Assembly (NCBI RefSeq): GCF_963921235.1
Contig: NC_086097.1
Span: forward strand, 250,792,001-250,856,000
DNA: 64,000 nucleotides
Direction: 5' to 3'
Origin: Mobula hypostoma
Lineage: Eukaryota
Notes under the pieces: model-generated
The model's database searches: none
What the model was told of the DNA's origin: nothing
The model's input: only the letters and a program-made list of their open reading frames with translations
In this document: one piece after another, positions 51,712 through 64,000 of the stretch
Numbering within the stretch: position 1 is the stretch's first letter
How the letters are laid out: each line of letters opens with the position of its first letter
Translations under genes and position numbers: made by a program

Positions 51712-52180
51712 AGAAACATAGAAACATAGAAAATAGGTGCAGGAGTAGGCCATTCGGCCCTTCAAGCCTGCACCGTCATTCAGTATGATATTGGCTGATC
51801 ATCCAACTCAGAACCCTGTACCAGCCTTCCCTCCATACCCTCTGATCCCTTTAGCCACAAGGGCCATATCTAACTCCCTCTTAAATATAGCCAATGAACT
51901 GGCCTCAGCTGTTTCCTGTGGCAGAGAATTCCACAGATTCACCACTCTCTGTGTGAAGAAGTTTTTCCTAATCTCGGTCCTAAAAGGCTTCCCCTCTATC
52001 CTCAAACTGTGACCCCTCGTTCTGGACTTCCCCAACATCGGGAACAATCTTCCTGCATCTAGCCTGTCCAATCCCTTTAGGATTTTATATGTTTCAATCA
52101 GATCCCCCCTCAATCTTCTAAATTCCAGAGAGTATAAGCCTAGTTCATCCAGTCTTTCATCATATGAAAGTCCTGCCATA
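51712..52180 (-). mobile_element. CR1 LINE 3' end (young)
   Basis: GLSYDERLDELGLYSLEFRRLRGDLIETYKI...; (TTTCTATG)n tail. Confidence 0.88.
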
Positions 52181-53524
52181 TAAAAAATTAAATTAGGTAG
52201 TGTACATAAGAGCGCAAACATATATCCTTCAATACCCTTACTCATCAAGAACCTCTGCTTTAAACCTCATCTCTGTTCTAAATGGATGCCCCTCTATTCT
52301 GAGGCTGTGCCCTCTGGTCCTAGACTCCCCCACTGTAGGAAACATCCTCTCCACATCTAGGACTTTCAATATTCAATAGGCTTCAATGAGATCCCCCCCC
52401 CCGCCCCATTCTTCTAAACTCCAGTGGGTTCCCTGCAGTTCTGAACATTTCTGTTACATGAACAATTTTAGCAGGCAGTCGAGGTTCACAAGGAAAGGCA
52501 TCAACAATTCTTCCAAACCCTCAAATCCACTGACAGGGCAAGTCGTTTCCTGGGCCTACAGGAAGTGGTGGATACAGGCAAAGACCTCCCCACCAACGAG
52601 CACGTCTACAAGGCGCACTGCCACGAGAAAGCTGCATCCATCATCACAGAGACCATACAGGCCACGCTATCTGGAAGGAGGTACAGGAGCCTTAGGTGCA
52701 ACACCACCAGGGTCAGGAACAGTTATTACCTTCCAACCATCAGGCTCCTCAGCTGACGTGGATAACTTCAGTCACCACAGTATTGAAATGAGGCCACAAC
52801 CTATGGACTCACTTCTGAGGGCTTTACAACTCCTGTTCTCAGTATTATTTATGCATTTATTTGTATTTGCAAAGTTTGTCTTCTTTCACACACTGGTTGT
52901 TTATCTTTATGTGTAGTTTTTCATTGATTGCATTGTATTTCTTAGATCTACTGTGAATGCCTGCAAGAAAATGAATCTCAGGGCAGTACTCCGTGATATA
53001 TACGTACTTTGATAATAAATTTACTTTGAACTTTGAACGTTAGGCGCTTGTTTCACTCAAGCAGCTCCGATGTTCAAACCATATTGTTTGCCTGCTCAAC
53101 ACCTTTCACCCTTGACCTCTCGTTCTAACCTCACCTAACTTCAGTGGAAAAAGGCTGCTTGCATTTATCCTATCTATACCTTTCATAATTCTGTGTACCT
53201 CTATCAAATCTCCTCTCATTCTCCTTTGCTCCAGGGAATAAAGTCCTAAACTATTCAACCTTTCCCAATAACTCAGGTCATCAAATCCTGGCAACGTCCT
53301 TGTAAATTTTCTCTGCACTCTTTCAACCTTATTTACATCTTTCCTGTATGTAGGTGACCGGACTGCACACAATACTCCAAATTATGCCTCACCATCATCT
53401 TATACAATTTCAGCATACGATCCCAACTCCTGTTCTCAATACTTTGATTTATGGAGACCAATGTGCCAACAGCTCTCTCTCTGTGGCCTTACCCACATTA
53501 CCAAAGAGCCTGTGTGCCACCTTA

Positions 53525-53900
53525 CCAAACAAGCATATACAATACCAGCAGCTGGCAGAGCAGTGCCAGGGACAAGGGTGGAGGGCACCATGCCAGCCTA
53601 CAGAGGTGAGGTTTAGAGGTTTTGCTCTCTGCTCACTCTGCAGAGTATGCTCTCCTTGGCATAACAGGGGCTACAAAGAAAAAGCCACCAAGACCATCAC
53701 AAAGGCTGCTGAGTGAGCCTTCAGGAAGCTACGGATGAAGAGCTGTGACCCACGGACCAGTGCTGGGTATTTCTGATCAGCCCTGGCTGGGTCACCTCGG
53801 CGAGAGTGCCTGACGTTGAAAGACCAGAAACACCCAATGACCCCAGGTTACATCACTGATGACGCGTCCCAGCACATCCTCGGATGAATCTCAACATCCT
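53525..53900 (+). mobile_element. Hero-like (RLE) LINE 3' end, second divergent subfamily
   Basis: K...YQQLAEQCQGQGWRAPCQPTEVRFRGFA...KAAE aligns with the RLE C-terminus at 15690-15890. Confidence 0.75.
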
Positions 53901-54544
53901 AACAATCACACTGAAAATGCAACGAAAATGAAAAATGCCAGAAGCACTCAGCAGCCCAGGCAGTATCTGTGAGGGGGGGATAATTAATGTTTCGGGTCTG
54001 GGAGTTGAGTTCCAGGGTATAAAGTCCTAATAAGAATATAGATGTCTTTGTTTAAGAAATAGATACTGATTGAGAATTTCCTGTTCTGCTCTGAAGGGTG
54101 ACATATAATCTACAAAGACATAGAGAGCCTTTGTTTAATGACTTATTCGAGAAATGACAGATCGAGCAGTAGCCTGCACTAAAATGTCAGCTTATGCTTG
54201 GAGCACAATCTTTGATGCACAGTGCGAATACAGTCTCCGGAGATGGAGAGTTCTTTGGCATATGCAGTGGAAATTTATTTTGGAACCCATTATCTTTCTT
54301 GTCTATTCCTGCCAAGACATTCAGTGGTAGCTCGGATTACTTAACTCTGTAAGAATGAGCTCAATAAAAAAATGTTAATGCTCAGGGCAGCCTTGCCGAG
54401 AACACAGCTTTCATTTCAAGTGTGGCTCTTTGAAGAGCACCTGTGTCTCTTCAAGGGTTAAGGATCAACCTTATTCACCATGTACATTTACACGTATACA
54501 GAATAAACACATGCTGCACTGTCTGGGTGCGATATGTGGTGTAC

Positions 54545-56960
54545 TGTCAGGATGGCAGTGATATACAGGCCTCCCAATGGTAGCTGGGATGTGGACCACA
54601 GAATACAATAGGAAAGACAAAATGTGTATCAAAAGGGCAATGTTATGACGGTCATGGGAGATTTCAACATGTAGGTCGATTGGGAAAATGAGGTTGGAAA
54701 TGGATCTCAAGAGAGAGAGTTTGTTGAATGCCCACAAGATAACTTTTTAGAGCACTTTGGCATTGAGCCTACTGGTGAATCAGCTGTACTGGATTGGGTG
54801 TTATGTAATGAACCGGGGGCGATTAGGGAGCTTAAGGTAAAAGAACCCTTAGGAGGCAGTGATCACAATATGATTGAGTTCATCTTGAAATTTGATAGGG
54901 AGAAAGTCTGACGTAGCAGGATTTTAGTGGAGTAAAGGAAATTACAGTGGTATGAGAGAGGAGTTGACCAAAGTAAATTGGAATGAGATACCGGCAGGGA
55001 TGTCAGTAGAACAGCAATGGTGTGAGATCCTAGGAAAAATGAGGAAGGTGCAAGAGAGATGTATTCCAAAAACAAAGGAATGCTCAAGTGGCAAAATAGA
55101 ACAACTGTGGCTGACAAGGGAAGTCAAAGCTAATGTAAAAGCAAAAGAAAGGGCATACAACAAAGCAAAAATTAGTGGGAAGATAGAGGATTGGGAAGTT
55201 TTTAAAGCCTACAGAGAGCAACTAAAAAAAGCATTAGAAGGGAAAAGATGAAATATGAAAGCAAGCTAGCGAACAATGTCAAACTGGACAGTAAAAACTT
55301 TCTCAAGTATGTAAAAAATGAAAGAGAGATGAGAGTGGATAGAGGACCGCTAGAAAATGAGACCGGAGAAATAATAATGGGGGACAAGGAGATAGCTGAT
55401 GAACTAAATGAGTATTTTGCATCAGTCTTCACTGTGGAAGACACTAGCAGTGTGCCAGATGTTGTAGTGTGTGAAGGAAGAGAAGTGAGTGCAGTTGCTA
55501 TTACAAGGGAGAAGGAACTCAAAAAGCTGAAAGAACTAAAGGTACACGAGTCACCCGGACCAGATGAACTGCACCCTAGGGTTCTGAAAGTGGTACCGTT
55601 AGAGATTGTGGCGGCATTAGAAATGATCTTTCAAAAATCATTGGACTCTGGCATGGTGCCAGAGGACTAGAAAATTGCAAATGTCACTCCGCTCTTCAAG
55701 AAAGGAGGAAGGAAATTATAGACAAGTTAGCCTGATCTCAGTCTTTGGGAAAATGTTGGAGTCAATTGTTAAGGATGAGGTTGTGGAGTACTTGGTGAGG
55801 CAGGACAAGATAGGACAAAGTCAGTACGGCTTCTTAAGGGAAAATCCTGCCTGACGAACCTGTTGGAATTCTTTAAGGAGATTACAAGTAGGATAGATAA
55901 AGGGGGTGCAGTGGATGTTGTATATTTGGACTTTCAGAAGGCCTTTGAGAAGGTGCCACACATGAGGCTGCTTACCAAGTTAAGAGCCCGTGGTATTACA
56001 GGAAAGTTACTAGCAAGGTTAGAGCATTGGCAGATTGGAAGGAGGCAGCGAGTGGGAATAAAAGGATCCTTTTCTGGTTGGCTGCCAGTGACTAGGGATG
56101 TTCCGCAAGGGTTGGTATTGGGGCCATTTCTTTTTATAGTGTATTTCAGTGATTTAAATGATGGAACAGATGGCTTTGTTACCAAGTTTGCAGATAAAAC
56201 GAAGGTTGGTAAATGAAATACAATGTTGGAAAATTCATACTTATGCACGTTGGTAGAAGAAATAAATGTGCAGACTATTTTCGAAATGGGAAGAAAATCC
56301 AAAAATCTGAGATGGAAAGGAACTTGGAGTCCTTGTGCAGAACAGTCTCGAGGTTAACTTGCAGGTTGAGTCAGTGGTGAGGAAGGCAAATGCCATGTTA
56401 GCATTCATTTCAAGAGGTCTAGAATACAAGAGCAGGGATGTGATACTGAGGCTTTATAAGGCACTAGTGAGGCCTCACCTTGAGTATTGTGAACAGTTTT
56501 GGGTTCTTCATCTTAGAAAAGATATGCGGTATTAGAGAGAGTTCAGGTGAGATTCTGGGAATAAAAGGGTTATCATATGAGGAACATTTGATAGCTCTGG
56601 GCCTGTAGTTGCTGGAATTTAGAAGTATTTAGAAGAGATGTGGAAAGGATGGTTCCTATGGTGAGGGAGTCTGGGACAAGGAAGCACAGTTTCAGGATAG
56701 AGAGGCAATTAGAGGTGTGGAGAAATTTCTTTAACTGAAGGGTGGTAAATTTGTGGAATTTATTACCATGTGCAGTTGTGGAGGCCAGGTTGTTGGGTGT
56801 ATTTAAGGCAGAGCCTGATAGGTTCTTGATTGGACATGGCATCAAAGGTAACGGGGAGAAGGCTGAGGAGGGGAAAAAAGGATCAGCCATGATTGAATGG
56901 TGGAGCAGACTCGATGGGCCAAATGGCCTAATTCTGCTCCTATGTCTTATGATCTTATGG
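54545..56960 (+). mobile_element. CR1 LINE, decayed
   Basis: EPLGGSDHN..SPGPDELHPRVLK..YLDFQKAF..VPQG..LYKALVRPHLEYC plus 3' UTR. Confidence 0.92.
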
Positions 56961-57271
56961 ACATGCACCGTAAGAACAAGTTTACTGTCATTCAGCCACA
57001 CACATATATCCAGTTGAATGAAATATCGTTCCTCTGATGGCAAGGTGTGAAACGTAATACATACTGTCACACAAAGTACACAGAGTTATGATCCAGCACA
57101 TAGAGTCACAAAATAATATCAGCACAGTCTCTGAGCAACATGGCCTGAAGGTTGACAGGTTGACATAAAGTGCGAGGTGGACGTTTAAAAGACAACAATA
57201 TTCAACAATTATAGAAAAAAAGAATTATATAAAAAGTAAAGCTAGAAGCACGGTTGTGGAATAAACGTGAT

Positions 57272-57490
57272 TCTCTTCAAAGATTGGCTGCCTGGCATCA
57301 GTGGTCACATAACCAGGTTTTGTGATATGAACCAGCTGCTGGTATGACCATCCACCACGTGTTCCCTTGGCTTCACATGATCCAGCTCGGGGTGATAAGC
57401 AAATGCTAAACCTGGCCCAAGGTTGACCTGCAAGCCAGTGGAGGGTAGGAGCACCTTACATTTCCTTTGGTAGGGACGTATTTCTACCCA
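57272..57490 (-). mobile_element. SINE-like element (RTE-tail family), 5' part
   Basis: Reverse complement of the 57843 family. Confidence 0.65.
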
Positions 57491-57842
57491 GTGGAGATCA
57501 GTGAAATCAGTAGCTACATTGTTAAAATTGGAACTGTTGATGTCAACAAGAATCAGCTATCAAACTCATTGAATTCACACTCGAAAGATTGTGTTCAGTT
57601 CTGGTCACCTCATTGTACGAAGGGTGTGGAAGCTTTAGAGAGGATGCAGAGGAGATTCACGAAGATGCTGTCCAGATAAGACAGCATGTCTTATTGGTAT
57701 AGGTTATGCGAGCTAGGGTTTTTCTCTTTGGAATATAGGAGGACGAGAGGTCACTTGAGAGAGATTTACAAGATGAAAAGAGACATAGATGAAGACTTTT
57801 TGCCAGAACAGAAATGGCCAATACAAGGGGCATAATTTTAAG

Positions 57843-58217
57843 TGGGTGGCAGGGTGGAGATATGTCTCTACCAAAGGGAGTGTAAGGTGCTCTTTTCTTC
57901 CACTGGCCTGTACATCGCCTTTGGGCAAAGTGTAGAACCTGCTTAGCCCTCTGATCAGGGTCACATGAAGCCATGGGAGCAGGTGGTGGATGGTCGTATG
58001 AGCAGCTGGTACACATCACAATTCCCAGTTATGTGACCACTCATGTCAGGCAGACAATCTCTGAAGAGAATTGATAATGGATGGGGTCACCCATCTTGTA
58101 AAGACACTGCCCAGAAGAAGGCTCTTCTGTAGAAAAATTTGCCAAAACAATCATGGTTAAGGAAAGATCATGATAGCCCACATCATACGACATGGCACAT
58201 GATGAAGGAATGAATGA
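57843..58217 (+). mobile_element. SINE-like element with RTE-type tail, nested in a CR1 3' end
   Basis: Flanked by the repeat ATAATTTTAAG (about 57832 and 58218). Confidence 0.75.
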
Positions 58218-58377
58218 ATAATTTTAAGGTGATTGGAGGAAAGTACAGGGGGTATGTCAGAGGTACTGTTTTTACACTTAGTGTGTAAACAAAATAACAA
58301 CTGTTTCTTCCTCTCCATAAATGTTCCCTGACCTGCTGAGTTCCTACAGCAGTTTGTGTGCGTTAGAACTGTCTGTT

Positions 58378-59410
58378 ATAAGATATAGCAGCAGAATGAG
58401 GCTATTTGGCCCATTGCATCTCTTCCATCATTTCCTCACACTGATCCATTTTTCCTCTCTGCCCCAATCTCCTGCCTTCTTCCCAAATCCCTTCATGCCC
58501 TGACCAATCAAAAATCTATCAACCTCTGCCTTAAATAAGCATCAAGTCGAGGTTTCCACAGCTGCCCGTGGCCAAGAATTCCACAGATTCACCACTCTCC
58601 GGCTAAAAAAAAAATTGCTCCTCATCTCCGTTCTAAAAGGACGCTGTTCTATTCTGAGTATCCTCTGGTCTTAAACTCTCCCACCATAGGAAGTATCCTC
58701 TCTACTTCTACTCTATCAAGTCCTTTCACCATTGAATAGGTTTCAGTTAGGTCACCCCTCATTCTTCTGAAATCCACTGAGCACAGGCTCAGAGCCAAAT
58801 GTTTTTTTTATGACAAGCCGTTCAATCCTGGAATCATTTTCCTGAACCTCCTTTGAACCCTCTCCAGTTTCAGCACATCCTTTCTATGATAAGGGGCCCA
58901 AAGCTGCTCACAATACTCCAAGTGAGACCTCACCAGTGCTTTATAAAACATCAACAATACATCCTTGCTTTTATATTCTAGTCCTCTTGAAATGAATGCT
59001 AACATTGCATTTGCCTTCCTCACTACAGACTCAACCTGCAAATTAACCTTTAAGGAATCCTGCATAAGGACTCCCAAGTCCCTGCACGTCTTACATTTTA
59101 TTTTCTCTCCATTTAGAAAATAGTCAACCCTTTCATTTCTTCTTTCAAACTGCATTGTTTTCCCGTTCTCATAACCTGTCTAAGTCCTTCTGTAGCCTCT
59201 CTACTTCCTCAAAATTGCCTGCCCTCCACCTATCTTCCTATCATCTGCAACAATACAGTCATCCAAATCATTGACATTTAACGTAAAAAGAATCGGTCCC
59301 GACACAGAGCCCTGTGGAACACCACTAGTCACTGGCAACCAACCAGAAAGGGCTCCCTTTGTTCCCACTCTTTGCCTCCTGCCATCAGCCATTGCTTAAT
59401 CCATGCTAGA
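58378..59410 (-). mobile_element. CR1 LINE 3' part
   Basis: SGVPQGSVSGP...FYKALVRSHLEYC..LERVQRRF. Confidence 0.88.
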
Positions 59411-60694
59411 GTGTTAACTTTCAGTGCTGCATGCACCCAGTCTTCTTCAAGTCTGACAACTCCCCATCTCCCAACATTTTTATTCAATATCTGCTGTTTT
59501 ACTACTAAAGTTGTTAAGCTCGTTTTTAGCAGAGAAACACAAGTCCCTTGGCCCATCCAGTCCATGCTGAGCTGTTAATCTGTCTAGTCCCATCAACCTG
59601 CACCCAAGCCACATCCCTCCCTAGCCTCCCATCCATGTACCTAGCCACATTTCTTTTAAATGTTGAAAATGACTCCACAATCAACCACTTCCACTAGCAG
59701 CTCATTCCACACTCTCACCACCCTCTGAATAAAGCTACCCTTCAACATTTAACCTTTCACCCTTAACCCTTAACTTCAGGTTCTCGTCTCACCCAACTTC
59801 AGTGGAAAAACCCTGCTTCCGTTTACCCTTTCTATACCCCTCATGATTTCTCCATCTGCTGCTCACTAACCATAATCATGACCTCACCATCCACCTCACT
59901 ATGGTCGAGGCACAAGAGATTCTGCAGATGCTGAAATCCAGAGTAACACACACAAAATGCTGGAGGAACTCAGCAGGACAGGCAGCATCTATGGATGGAA
60001 AGGAACAGTTGATGTTTGCAGTCCTGATGAGGCACTTTGTCCTGAAATATTAACTGTCCATTCCCCTCCAGAGATGCTGCCTGAGCGGCTGAGTTCCTCC
60101 AGCATTTTGTGTGTGTTGCTCTATCTTGTTACTGTCTGCCTGCACTGCACTTTCTCTGTAGCTGTTACACTTCATTCTGCATCGTTATTGTTTTCCCTTG
60201 TACTACCTCCTCCAGCAGAGGCTGAGGGGAGATCTGCTCGAGGTTTATAAGATTTTGAGAGGCATAGGCAGACAGTAGACAGGGAAGAAGTCTTAGGATT
60301 GTCTCAATTTCCTACCATTGATCATTGCATATATTGGCAGGTAGAGGCTTTGACTTGCTGACACACGTGGTAAAGGAAAGGAAAATTAATTTTCATTCTA
60401 GGATGCTTCCGGATTAGAGGGTGCATGCTACCACATGAGGTCGGACAAAGCTGGGTTGTTTTCTCTGGGGCAGTGGAGACTAAGCGGAGATCTGATAAGA
60501 GGTTTACAAGATTATGAGAGGCACAGACAGCGGACGGACAGGATCTTTTTCTAAGGGTTGAAGTGTCTACTACCAGAGGGCATGCATTTAAGGTGAGAGG
60601 GAGTCATTTTAAAGGAGATGTGAGGGGCAAGTTTCGCTCCCACAGACAGTGATGGGTGCCTGGAATGCACTGCCTGGAGTGGTGATATCTTATA

Positions 60695-61355
60695 AATATT
60701 ATTGCGAAGAAAGCACGACAGCACCTCTACTTCCCCAGGAGTCTGTGGAGATTCAGCGTGTCATCAAAAACCTTGGCAAACTTCTATAGATGCTGGTGGA
60801 AGGTGTACTGACTAGCTACATTATGGCCTGGTACGGGAACACCAGTGCCCTTGAGTGGAAAATCCTGCAAGAAGTAGTGGATTCAGCCCAGTATATCACG
60901 GGTAAAACCCTCCCAACCATTGAGCACATCTACATTGAAGCAGAAAAGCAGCATCCATCATCAAAGATCCTCACCACCCAGGCCATGCTCTCTTCTCGCT
61001 GCTGCCATCAGGTAGAAGGTACAAGTGCCCCAGGACTCACACCACCAGGTTCAAGAGCAGTTATTACCCCTCAACCATCAGGTTCTTGAACAGAAGGGGA
61101 CAAGGGGATAACTACACTCATTCTACTTCCAGTGTTCCCACAACCAATGGTCTCACTTTAAGGACTCTTTTATTTTGTTATTTCATGCTCGTTATTTATG
61201 GCTATTTATTTATATTTGCATTTGCACAGTTTTTTTGTCCATTAATCCTGGTTACAGTCACAGCTCCATAGATTTACTAGGTATGTCCACAGGAAAAGAA
61301 TTCCAGGGTTGTATATGGCGACATGTATATAGTCTGATAATAAATTTTACTTTGA
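60695..61355 (+). mobile_element. Rex1/Babar LINE 3' fragment
   Basis: LVEGVLTSYIMAWYGN...LPTIEHIY; tail ataaattttactttgaa. Confidence 0.75.
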
Positions 61356-62554
61356 AGTATTTTTGGTAGAGGCAGAAACATTAGAGATGTTTAGATGGAC
61401 CATGAATGTGAAGAAAATGGAAGGAAATGGACATTTGTAAATAGAGGGGGTTAGTTGGCCACTGGTTCAGCACAACATTGTAGACCAAAGAGCCTGTTCC
61501 TGTGCTGTACTGTTGCACTTGGACTAAAAAAAGTGTTTTCTTGCATGACTATGTTCTTTTTTTCCCCCTTTCTCGCTATTTTGAATGCACCTTGGTCCCT
61601 GGGGAACACTGTCTCATTTGATTGTATCCAGGTATGATTTGAATGACAATTAAACTTGATTTGATTTGATGTTCAATGTTCTAACTCAGTGCATTGTTAT
61701 AATGAATCGATCTGTAGGGATAGGATGCAAGACAAGATTTTCACTGTACCTCTGTACACGTAACAATAATAAATCCAATTTATCATCCATGAAGCCTCTC
61801 GGCATCCTCACCTCCACCCACCTTGTTTTACCAGCAGCAAGTGAGAACTGGTATCTGGTCTACAGGGGACTTCAGGAAGGGGAAGTCAGGAGAACACACA
61901 CCAGTCCTTGTCGAGGGGGCATTGTGAGATGGGTGGGCAGCCTCAAATACCTGGGCATCAACATCTCAGACCATCTATCTTGGGCCCAACATAAAGATGC
62001 AATTACAAAGACAGTAATTGCACACCAATGGCTATACTTCATTGGGAGTTTGAGGGGATTTGGGATGTCATCAAAGACTCTAGCACATTTCCACAGATGT
62101 ACCTAAGAGGTATTCTAACTGTCTGGTATGGAGGGGGGCACTGCACAGGATCAGAAAAATTTGCAGAAAATTGTAAACTCAGCTGGCACCATCATGGGCA
62201 CTAGCCTCCCCTGCAGTGAGGGACACCTTCAAAATTCAGTGCCTCAAGGTGGCATCCATCATTAAGGACCCCCATCACCCAGGACCATTGTTCCCTTCAG
62301 GGAGAAGGTGCAGGAGCCAGAAGACACAAACTCCATGACTCAGGAACAGCTTCTTCCCCTCCGCATCAGATTGATGAATGGACAATGAACCCATGAACAC
62401 TACCTCACTATTCCTCTTTCCCACCATTTAGATTTTGTGTATTGTAATGTGTTGCTGCCACAAAACAACACGTTTCCGAACACAGGACACCGATAACAAA
62501 CCTGAGTCTGAGTCTGATTCTGAACCAAAGGCCTGATGTAGGCTCTGAGTAGTT

Positions 62555-62810
62555 GGGAGGCAAGTTGGACGACGTAATCACAACGCTTTACAGTATCAGG
62601 GGCAGGTTCAAATCCCACCGCTGCCTGTAAAGAGTTTATACGTTCTCCCGTGTGGGTGTCCTTCTACCGTCCAAAGACCGACTGGTTAGGTTCATTGGCC
62701 ATTGGAAGTTGTCCCGTGATTAGGCTCGGGTTAAACCTGGGGTTGCTGGGCGGCACCGTTCGAAAGGCCGGAAGGGTCTGTACCCCACCTTATCTCAATA
62801 AATAAATAAA
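62555..62810 (+). mobile_element. V-SINE next to the first GEM coding exon (antisense to GEM)
   Basis: B box GGTTCAAATCC; V-core; (TAAA)n tail. Confidence 0.75.
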
Positions 62811-62862
62811 CTTGCAAGAAAAGTTCCTATAATCAGAGGAATTAAAACGTTAATTTCCTTAC

Positions 62863-63184
62863 CCCCTGACGTGTCGCAGTTCTCCAGATTAGGCTGCAAC
62901 CCGGCAAATATGCTGGTCAATGTGGACTTGCCGACTCCCGCTTCGCCGATGAGGACCACTCTGTACAGACTGTTGCTGGAATCGATGGAGAGGGCGGAGT
63001 CCGAAGAGACGGAGGACCAGCTCCCCCCGTAAGGTTCAGTCGGACTGAGGCAGGACCTGGAGCGCACCATGTACGCGCTCTCTCTCCACAGCGGCCGGCC
63101 GTCCGCAGGAATACTCCAGCGCTGGTGGGCGGGTGCAGGCCTCAGGGGCAGGCTACCCCGCCGTCTGGCGTGGTTCAGTGTCAT
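62863..63184 (-). CDS. GEM: GTP-binding protein GEM (RGK family), first coding exon
   Basis: MTLN...QRWSIPADGR...SWSS...YRVVLIGEAGVGKSTL, with G1 P-loop; RWSIPADGR is GEM-diagnostic. Donor G|GTAAG at 62863/62862 (phase 1). Probable acceptor ttgttcgcag 12 nt upstream of the ATG (exon start 63196). Confidence 0.95.
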
Positions 63185-64000
63185 GATTTCCCAACCCTGC
63201 GAACAAATGGAATCCCCCTGTTAAACGGTTCAAAGTAAATTTATTATCAAACTGTGTATATGTCACCATACACAAACTTGAAATTCATTTTCCTGCAAGC
63301 ATCTACAATAAAACAAAGATATACGATAGAATTTACGAAAAGCTATATGTAGGATTTTTTCTCTTTGGAGAGAAGGAGGATGAGAGGTGACTTGATAGAG
63401 GTGTACAAGATGATAGACAGAGTGGACAGGCGGGGACTTTTTCCCAGGTTGGAAATGGTTAACACGAGGGGGCATCATTTTAAAGTGATTGGAGGAATGT
63501 TTAGGGGGATGTCAGAGGTAAGCTCTTTACTCAGAGAGTGGTGGGTGTGTGGAACACCCTGCCGGGGGTGGTGGTAGAGGCAGGTATATCAGGGACGTTT
63601 CAGAAACACTTAGATAGGCGTATGGATGTTATGTCGGAAGGAAGAGTTAAATTGATCTTAGAGTAGGTCAGATGGTAGGCACAAGATGGTGGGCCGAAGG
63701 GCTTTTATGTTCTATGTTCTAAAGATTGGCAAACAACCAAGGTGCAAAAGAAAACAAGTTGAGCAAATAAATAAATAAATACCACACAACACGAGTTGTA
63801 TAGTTCTGAAAGTGAGTGTTAGAACAGCGCAGCTGGCGGTGTAGATTGGAGCGAACAAGTCAGAAACGGCTCGGATAACCGAAACCTGGCTCATCAGTAA
63901 CAAACAGAACGCAGATGGAACTGTTTTCCGATCTGCGTCACGACTCCAAGAAGAACATTCTCAGCCGCTGCAAGTTTTACCAAACTTTTTCAACTCTTTC

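Noticed and set aside
62795..62862. ORF extension GKEINVLIPLIIGTFLASLFIY as a membrane anchor
   Set aside because: Read-through past the GTAAG donor into the intron; RGK homology stops at the donor.
26482..63184. Assignment as RRAD or REM1
   Set aside because: RWSIPADGR, WENK, YLIVYSITDRASFEKASELRIQLRR and VAKNNK match GEM best, despite a few Rad-like residues.
63870..63900. CTGATGA on the minus strand as a hammerhead
   Set aside because: No GAAA or NUH in a workable arrangement.

Overview
Vertebrate genomic DNA, most likely from a cartilaginous fish (inferred from the repeat complement, not proven). The only protein-coding gene I can support is GEM, an RGK-family small GTPase on the minus strand. 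Its four coding exons (63184-62863, 48811-48735, 28041-27837, 26759-26482) splice in frame through canonical GT-AG sites to 882 nt / 293 aa. The rest is mostly a nested mosaic of decayed transposons: CR1, Rex1/Babar, RTE and Hero (RLE) LINEs, Penelope-like elements and their derivatives, V-SINEs and other SINEs, and Tc1, pogo/Tigger and hAT DNA elements. Almost all ORFs in the track come from these repeats or are spurious. The most interesting signals are RNA structures inside the repeats. (1) Two divergent Hero LINE 3' UTRs contain all three hammerhead ribozyme strands with covarying stems, but in a non-cyclic (pseudoknotted) order. (2) Penelope-derived repeats carry minimal dimer-type hammerheads. 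(3) A dispersed repeat has an HDV-like fold at its 5' end, and one copy lies in sense orientation about 30 nt downstream of a GEM splice donor. None of these folds has been computed or tested. Repeat boundaries are approximate unless a TIR or TSD is quoted.
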